A DNA stretch of 24,000 bases from NCBI GenBank assembly GCA_023386495.1, contig JAEWJS010000138.1, forward strand, positions 7,688-31,687, written 5' to 3'. Shown in pieces: positions 18,328 to 24,000 of this stretch (within the stretch, counting starts at the first letter, position 1; each line of letters starts with the position of its first letter). Under the pieces are notes generated by a model. The model was not told the origin of the DNA and made no database searches. It saw only the letters and a list, made by a program, of their open reading frames with translations. This stretch comes from Bacillota bacterium. GTDB taxonomy: Bacteria > Bacillota > Bacilli > Paenibacillales > Paenibacillaceae. A program made the position numbers and the translations under genes.

Positions 18328-18561
18328 ATGTCAGTGACGCTGAAAGAACAGATTGTCAGGAAAGTATGGGAAGAGCCTGCCTTCAAGCAGAATCTGATGG
18401 CCGATCCTAAACTCGCGATCAAAGAGGCATTCGGTATCGAAATACCTGCCGGCATCGAAGTGAAAGTGGTCGAAGAAAATGCAGAAAGCTTCTATCTCAC
18501 ACTCCCGCCGAAGCCAGAAGAGCTCGTACCGAACGAGCCTAAACCGAACGGCGTCTGGTAA
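18328..18561 (+). CDS. NHLP (nitrile-hydratase-like leader peptide) family precursor peptide, 77 aa, ending ..PNEPKPNGVW
   Basis: The sequence KEQIVRKVWEEPAFKQNLMADPKLAIKEAFGIEIPAGIEVKVVEENAESFYLTLPPKP follows the NHLP leader pattern (AW.D..FK..L..DP..A..E.G..LP.G.EVKVVE....LYLVLP). The RBS GGAAAGG lies 10 nt upstream. Confidence 0.8.
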   Translation: MSVTLKEQIVRKVWEEPAFKQNLMADPKLAIKEAFGIEIPAGIEVKVVEENAESFYLTLPPKPEELVPNEPKPNGVW

Positions 18562-18573
18562 GTCATACGAATA

Positions 18574-20460
18574 TCAATCTTGCAGGGCCAAGGGGAACCG
18601 AATGATGACTTCGGTTCCTTTTCCTTTGGTGCTCTTGAATTCGATTCTGCCCTTCATCGCTTCGATGATGCGGTAGGTCACCATCAGACCGAGTCCCGTC
18701 CCCTTCGATTTGGTCGAATAGAACGGCTCTCCCAGCTTGGCGATCTCCTCTGCGTCCATGCCTTCCCCGTTATCCGTCACATGAATGAAGGCTTCCTCGT
18801 CCTTGGCATAGGCATAGATCTCGATAATGCCGTCACTGCGCAGTGCCTCGATGCTATTCTTGATGAAGTTGATGAAGGCTTGCTTGAACTTCGAAGAATT
18901 CCCTTGAATATATAGCTTCTCCTCAATATCGATCCGCAGGACGCCGCCGTGCAGGGACGCCATCGGGGTCATAATCGCTTCGATCTGCTGAATTTCTTCT
19001 GCTAAGTCGAGCCTGGTGACCGATTCCAGCTCCGGCTTGGCGAATGTCAGGAAGTCCGTAATGATCGAGGATGCACGATCCAGCTCATTGATGGCCATGC
19101 CAAAATAATGGCGGTTCTTCTCATCGGACTTCTCCTCCATCAGCTGCAGGAATCCGCGGGTCACCTGCAGCGGGTTACGCACTTCATGCGCGACCGAAGC
19201 CGCAAGATCGCTGATGATTTTCATCTTCTCCGCGCGCTGCAGGCTATGGTTATACAGCTCAAGCTCCTTCGAGTAGGAGACGAGCTTCGCATAATCGTCC
19301 ATGATGCTGCGTGCGAGAATGATGACGAGCGTGAGGATCAGGGCCACGACGCCGAATTTCCACAGGAACAGCACATACCGCATATCCGATAGGAAGTAGA
19401 AGGTCAGATCGGCTGCGCCGGAGACGGCAAGCAGGATCAGGCCGAGCGACAGGATGAGCGAGTGCCTGCTCCTCGTGCGGGCAAGCTGGATCGTATACGC
19501 GATGATCATCACCATCTGGAGCAGAATGAGCACGCCGAAGATCATGGTGGTGAACAAGTCGTAGAACGCCTCGAATCGCTTGTCGGTGATCTGATGGACC
19601 AACGCGATCGCGAGACAGATTGCGGAATACTGCATCAAGAATTTGCCGTATCTGCTGAACAGGCGATACCTGCCCTGGAATACATGGTCGATGTATGCGT
19701 GCAAGGCCGGGAAGAGCAGGAATAAGGACAGGTCGAAGATGAACAGCAGGCCATGGCCGTACTCCTTGAAGTAGAGATAAGGATAGGGCGAATAGACGAT
19801 GATCAGCGTGCCTGTCGATAAGGCAATGAGGCTGAGCGATATCCACGGTTTATGCTGTCTTCTGTTCAGATAGCCTGCGCAGAGGAGCATCATCAAGCCC
19901 AGGAAAGCCACGGAGCCGCCTAGCAGCAGGTCAGGCAGGTCATGGCGGGTCGCGCGGGCCGACAGCCCCTCGAAGTCCCCGACTCTCACGCTGCTCAGCA
20001 GGCCGATGCGGTCATTGGACGAGAGGATGCGCAGATAGAGATCGGTCTCTTCATCGGCTGGCTCTACTGCCAGCAGCAGCCGATTGAGGTCGAATGCAAA
20101 TTTGCGCTCGGATTGGAGCAGCAGTTGACCGCCATGGTAGACCGTCAGATCATGTCCGTTCAGACGCTCGATAAGCAAACCGGGGCGCGGCCATTCGGAA
20201 GTGGCGGGCAATCGCAGATGGACCCAGACGCCTCGGGCGCCTTGGGGAATCTGGTACCGAGGCAAGTCGATCCCTCCCGGTTTCCATGGGCCGTCTACGG
20301 GAGGAACGGTTCCTTGTGCCGCTTGGTCCTCAATAGTAAGAAGCTGCCACTCCTTCAAGATTCGATCGGGAGCAGAGGCATGCGCTTGCAGCGGCTCCAG
20401 GAGGAGCAAGCATGCAGCAACCGTTAGTAATAGGATCGAAAACCAGCGCAATAATGTCAT
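18574..20460 (-). CDS. Orphan sensor histidine kinase with a 7TMR-DISM extracellular domain, 7 TM segments and a KinA-type HisKA/HATPase core
   Basis: It has a signal peptide, a roughly 170-aa extracytoplasmic domain (GVWVHLRLP..LLIERLNGHDLTVYHGG) and about 7 TM helices. The H-box AASVAHEVRNPLQVTRGFLQLM resembles those of Bacillus sporulation kinases. The HATPase N and G boxes include DNGEGM and GTGLGL. No response regulator is adjacent. Confidence 0.9.
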   Translation of the reverse strand: MTLLRWFSILLLTVAACLLLLEPLQAHASAPDRILKEWQLLTIEDQAAQGTVPPVDGPWKPGGIDLPRYQIPQGARGVWVHLRLPATSEWPRPGLLIERLNGHDLTVYHGGQLLLQSERKFAFDLNRLLLAVEPADEETDLYLRILSSNDRIGLLSSVRVGDFEGLSARATRHDLPDLLLGGSVAFLGLMMLLCAGYLNRRQHKPWISLSLIALSTGTLIIVYSPYPYLYFKEYGHGLLFIFDLSLFLLFPALHAYIDHVFQGRYRLFSRYGKFLMQYSAICLAIALVHQITDKRFEAFYDLFTTMIFGVLILLQMVMIIAYTIQLARTRSRHSLILSLGLILLAVSGAADLTFYFLSDMRYVLFLWKFGVVALILTLVIILARSIMDDYAKLVSYSKELELYNHSLQRAEKMKIISDLAASVAHEVRNPLQVTRGFLQLMEEKSDEKNRHYFGMAINELDRASSIITDFLTFAKPELESVTRLDLAEEIQQIEAIMTPMASLHGGVLRIDIEEKLYIQGNSSKFKQAFINFIKNSIEALRSDGIIEIYAYAKDEEAFIHVTDNGEGMDAEEIAKLGEPFYSTKSKGTGLGLMVTYRIIEAMKGRIEFKSTKGKGTEVIIRFPLALQD

Positions 20461-20719
20461 CCCCTGCCATGATTGTTTCTGTCTACCATAATGGGATTTC
20501 GACGCAGACGGGCATTTTCCTGTAGGGGGAATGAGAATGTATGGCAGCCAGCTGCGAAAATGCGTCGATCGTCCTTGTCCGGCACGCGATGGGAACAGTT
20601 TACGAGCGGCCCGATATCAGCTAACATAGATAGAATAATAGGACTATAGTCTCTGTTTCGCGGTCATGCTGGCATGGCAGCTATGTATGGTGGCGTCCAA
20701 TAGCGGGGGTGTCGATCAG

Positions 20720-23700
20720 ATGAAGGATGAGGGCGTTGCGAATAAGGTTCGGGGAGAGCGGTTGACGATCGGCGTAATCGTCGAGAACAGCGCGCGTGAG
20801 GACGAGAATCGGATGCGGGCCGGCATTATGGAAGCCGCTGAACGCTATGATGCTCACCTGATCTGCTTCACGCACCTGGAAGCCGCCGTAAAGAATATAT
20901 CGTACGGCGTGGATGATCAGTATCGCAGAAGCCACGACATTCTGCTGCAGCTCGTCGAACAGTTCGAACTGGACGGCTTAATCTTCCTTGGCTGGTCGCT
21001 ACTCTATGACGGCGACCAGCTGAAGCGCCTGCAAGAGAGGTTCCCGAACATACCGATGATCAGTATGGGCAAGCCATGCGAGGATGTGCCGTTCACGTAC
21101 TTCAAGGGCGGCGATTATGTCAGCCAGATGCTCGAGCACTTGATCGCGGAGCATGGCCGGAAGCGAATCGCTTTCGTCGAGTCGTGGATCCCGGACACGC
21201 GCAAGGATTATTACGATGAGACGATGGCGGCGCACGGCCTGCTCGACGAGCAGCTCTTCGTGAGCGCGGACGATCTCGCAGGCGTGACCTTGCCGGACCG
21301 GCCGGAGGGCGCGCTCGCGATATTGCTCGATGAGCGCAAGGTCAGCTTCGACGCGATCATCGTGATGCGGCAAGAAGAGGCTCGAATCATGCTCGAGCTG
21401 CTCCAGCAGCGCGGCTTGCGCGTGCCGGAGGATGTGGCGCTTGCCAGCTATGAAGACGATGTGTCGATCCAGTACGCCTCCGTGCCGATTTCGACGATTT
21501 ATTTTCCGTTCAAGGAGCTCGGCTATGCTAGCTGCGAGAAGCTGATCGCGCTGCTTCGCGGAGAAGATGTGCCTGCGGCAACCAAGGTGCCAGGCAGCCT
21601 GCTGATTCGGCAATCCTGCGGCTGCATGAACGCCGAGCGGCTTGCGAGGCGGGATAGCAGGCAGGGGAGCAGCGACGAGGAGGGCGAGCTATTGTCCGGT
21701 CTCGACCTCGCGGCACTGGACGCGGCATTCGAGCGCAGCATGGAGACAGCCGACGTGAACAAGTATGTCGACGAGCTGAAGCGGCAGATGGATCCGCGCA
21801 GAAGCAGGCGCAATGAGAACCAGCAGCTCGTCACGGTGCTCCGCAGCCGTTATGCGGACCGCGGACCGGACAACGGAGAACCCCTTCGTCGAGCGGAGGA
21901 TATCTGGCATGCCGCACGGATTGCCGTCAGCGAAGCGGAGAAGTTCTGGATCGCAAGCGAGATGATCCGAACGACGAGAACCGAGGAAATGCTAGAGGAA
22001 TTCAGCCAATCGCTGCTGAACACCTACGATATCACGAAGACGCTGGAGAGCTTAAGCTTCTACTTGCGGGAGCTGGATATCCCGGGCTGCAGCATTTTCC
22101 TGCGTGGGGAAGAGGCCGATCCGTTCGCGGCGTGCACGCATATTTTCGCTTATGAGAACGACGTCCGACTCTATATCCAAGATCCGAAGACCGATACGAG
22201 AGCCTATCATCGCCGTCTGGTCGAAGAGAGCCGCACCTGCACGACGCGGATCGTCATGCTCCTGCACGTGGATACGAATTACCTCGGATATGTCGTGTTC
22301 GAACCGGGGCCATGGAACGGCGCGCTGTACTTGCGGCTCGCGATCCAGCTTAGCAATGCAATCGTCGGCGCCCACATGGTCGATCGGCTGCAGCGCGAGA
22401 TCGCGCTGCGAGGCGAGAAGGAACAACAGCTCATGTATCATGCCCATTTCGATGCGGTCACGGACATGCTGAACCGCAGGACGTTCCGGGATGCGGTGAA
22501 GCTGCTGCAGGAACGGGGGGAGCAGGAGGCGGCCGGAGCCGTGCCTGCAACGGGAGACGCGGAGGTGCCGGCAGATCCGGAATGGTACTTGTTCTATGCC
22601 GATCTGGACGGGTTCAAGAGCGTGAACGACAGTATGGGACACGCGGTCGGCGATCAGGTGCTGGTAGAGGTGGCCGGCCGGATTCGGCAGGTGATGGAGG
22701 ACTTCGTCGTGAAGCTGCCGAAGACGCTGCTTGCGATTAACGGCGATGAGGCGGGCTGCATTTTCCGCATCGGCGGGGATGAATTCACGATGATCGTGAA
22801 GCAGATGAGCCGGGAAGAAGCGGCGGTACTGGCTAGTCGGCTGATTGAGCAACTGCGTGCCCCTTTCGCCATAGCGGATACCGGCATTTCGCTGTCATGC
22901 AGCCTGGGCATCAGCTGCTATCCCGCGGATGCGAAGGGCATGCTGATCCGCCATGCGGATATGGCCATGTACAATGCCAAGCGGCAAGGCGGCAATCGCT
23001 TCGCGTTCTTCGACGAGGGGATGGAGCAGGAGGTCAAGCGGAAGCTCGAGCTCGGCAAATATTTGCGGCATGCCCTGGATTACGAGGAGCTGTCGCTGGT
23101 GTATCAGCCGCTGGTCGAAGGCGTGGAAGGTGCCATCATCGGGGTGGAAGCGCTCTTGCGCTGGAATCATCCGAAGCTGGGCCCCGTTCCGCCAAGCACC
23201 TTCATTCCGCTTGCGGAGGAATTAGGGCTCATCGACCGCATCGGCGAGTGGGTGCTTCGCGAAGCGTGCCGCCAGGCGGCACGATGGCAGCAGGAAGGGT
23301 ATGCGCCGCTGCTCCTCGCGGTCAATCTCTCCGTGAAGCAGTTCCAGGATGGGCTGCTGGTCGGCAAATTGAGGGACCTGTTGAAGGAGACGGGGCTTGC
23401 CCCGGACAGGCTGGAGCTGGAGATTACGGAGAACGTCTCCATGCAGGCCGAGCACCTGCCTGTCCTGCGCGAGCTCCGCGAGCTGGGCGTAGCCGTCTCG
23501 ATCGATGACTTCGGCACCCACTATTCATCCCTGAGCTACTTGAAGCGGTTTTCCGGTCACGAAGCTGAAGCTCGATCAGTCCTTCGTCCGCGGCATCCAG
23601 ACCGAACAGAAGGACCGCGAGATGATCAAGGCCATCGTATCCGTCGCGAAGGCATTCGAATTGGAGATCATCGCCGAAGGCGTGGAGACGCTCGCGGAGG

Positions 23701-23801
23701 CCGAATTCCTGATCGAGATGGGCTGCACGCAGATGCAGGGCTACTACTTCCATCGTCCGATGGGGGCAGAGCAGGTACGCGAGCTGCTGCGTCGGGCTTG
23801 A
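20720..23801 (+). pseudogene. PBP1(LacI-type ligand-binding)/GAF-like/GGDEF/EAL c-di-GMP signalling protein, frameshifted in the EAL domain (or a sequencing error)
   Basis: GGDEF is intact (RIGGDEFTMIV) and the EAL motif is present (GVEALLRW). After SIDDFGTHYSSLSYLKRF the frame read as given turns into RS-rich nonsense and ends at 23842. The +1 frame from 23553 reads PVTKLKLDQSFVRGI..IAEGVETLAEAEFL..GCTQMQGYYFHRP and stops at 23799-23801. The shift maps to the T4 run at 23549-23552. The start is uncertain: ATG 20720 has a GGGGG RBS 10 nt upstream, and the alternatives are 20666 and 20687. Confidence 0.75.
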
Positions 23802-23802
23802 C

Positions 23803-24000
23803 CTACGGCTTCGGCACCGCGTATGTGAGCATGACGATCTGATTCATCCGCTCAACCTGCGTCAGCCGGAAGGTGCTTGGTAGGGTTCCCTTGGGGAATA
23901 AGGGGAGACCGCTGCCGAGCACCTTAGGGATGATCGCGATGTGCATCGTCTCGAGCAGGCCGGCAGCCAGGAATTGTTCCACGAGCTGTCCGCCCCCGAC
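23803..24000 (-). CDS. Dihydrofolate-reductase-like (RibD C-terminal domain) protein, 3' end only
   Basis: The - strand frame is open from the window edge and reads VGGGQLVEQFLAAGLLETMHIAIIPKVLGSGLPLFPKG..LTYAVPKP, ending at TAG (23805-23803). The pattern GGG..L...L..GL.DE..L...P..LG.G..LF is typical of RibD_C/YwjB-like proteins. It is not in the supplied ORF track because no Met lies within the window. Confidence 0.6.
   Translation of the reverse strand, partial: VGGGQLVEQFLAAGLLETMHIAIIPKVLGSGLPLFPKGTLPSTFRLTQVERMNQIVMLTYAVPKP

Overview
The window looks like a chromosomal segment from a high-GC, spore-forming Firmicute, probably Paenibacillus-like. That assignment is inferred from SLH domains, a KinA-type kinase H-box and codon/GC style. 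Most of the content is ordinary. On the + strand there is the 3' part of a very large SLH-anchored surface protein, a PucR-family regulator, a hexapeptide acyltransferase, greA and a Cache/HAMP chemoreceptor. On the - strand there is a monofunctional catalase, an ATPase / ABC-2 permease / TetR operon with two clear palindromic operators, a Trm11/UPF0020-like methyltransferase, a 7TMR-DISM histidine kinase and the 3' end of a RibD_C/DHFR-like gene. A PBP1-GGDEF-EAL gene on + carries a +1 frameshift in a T4 run. Two regions are not ordinary. (1) At 17.3-18.6 kb a polyprenyl-synthase-fold protein (ComQ-like, both Asp-rich motifs intact) is followed by a 77-aa NHLP-leader peptide. The peptide's tail is short, Pro-rich, lacks Gly-Gly and Cys/Ser/Thr, and ends in Trp. 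It converges within 12 nt on an orphan sporulation-type sensor kinase. I read this as a candidate, apparently undescribed, prenylated-peptide (ComX-like) RiPP/signalling locus that uses an NHLP leader. (2) At 10.5-13.2 kb a gene-free island holds a strand-asymmetric CCATCG microrepeat tract and an array of TAGCGAA/TTCGCTA half-site hairpins. One of these hairpins is split exactly by a full-length, endonuclease-less group II intron. All functional assignments come from motif recognition by eye; no database search was possible.
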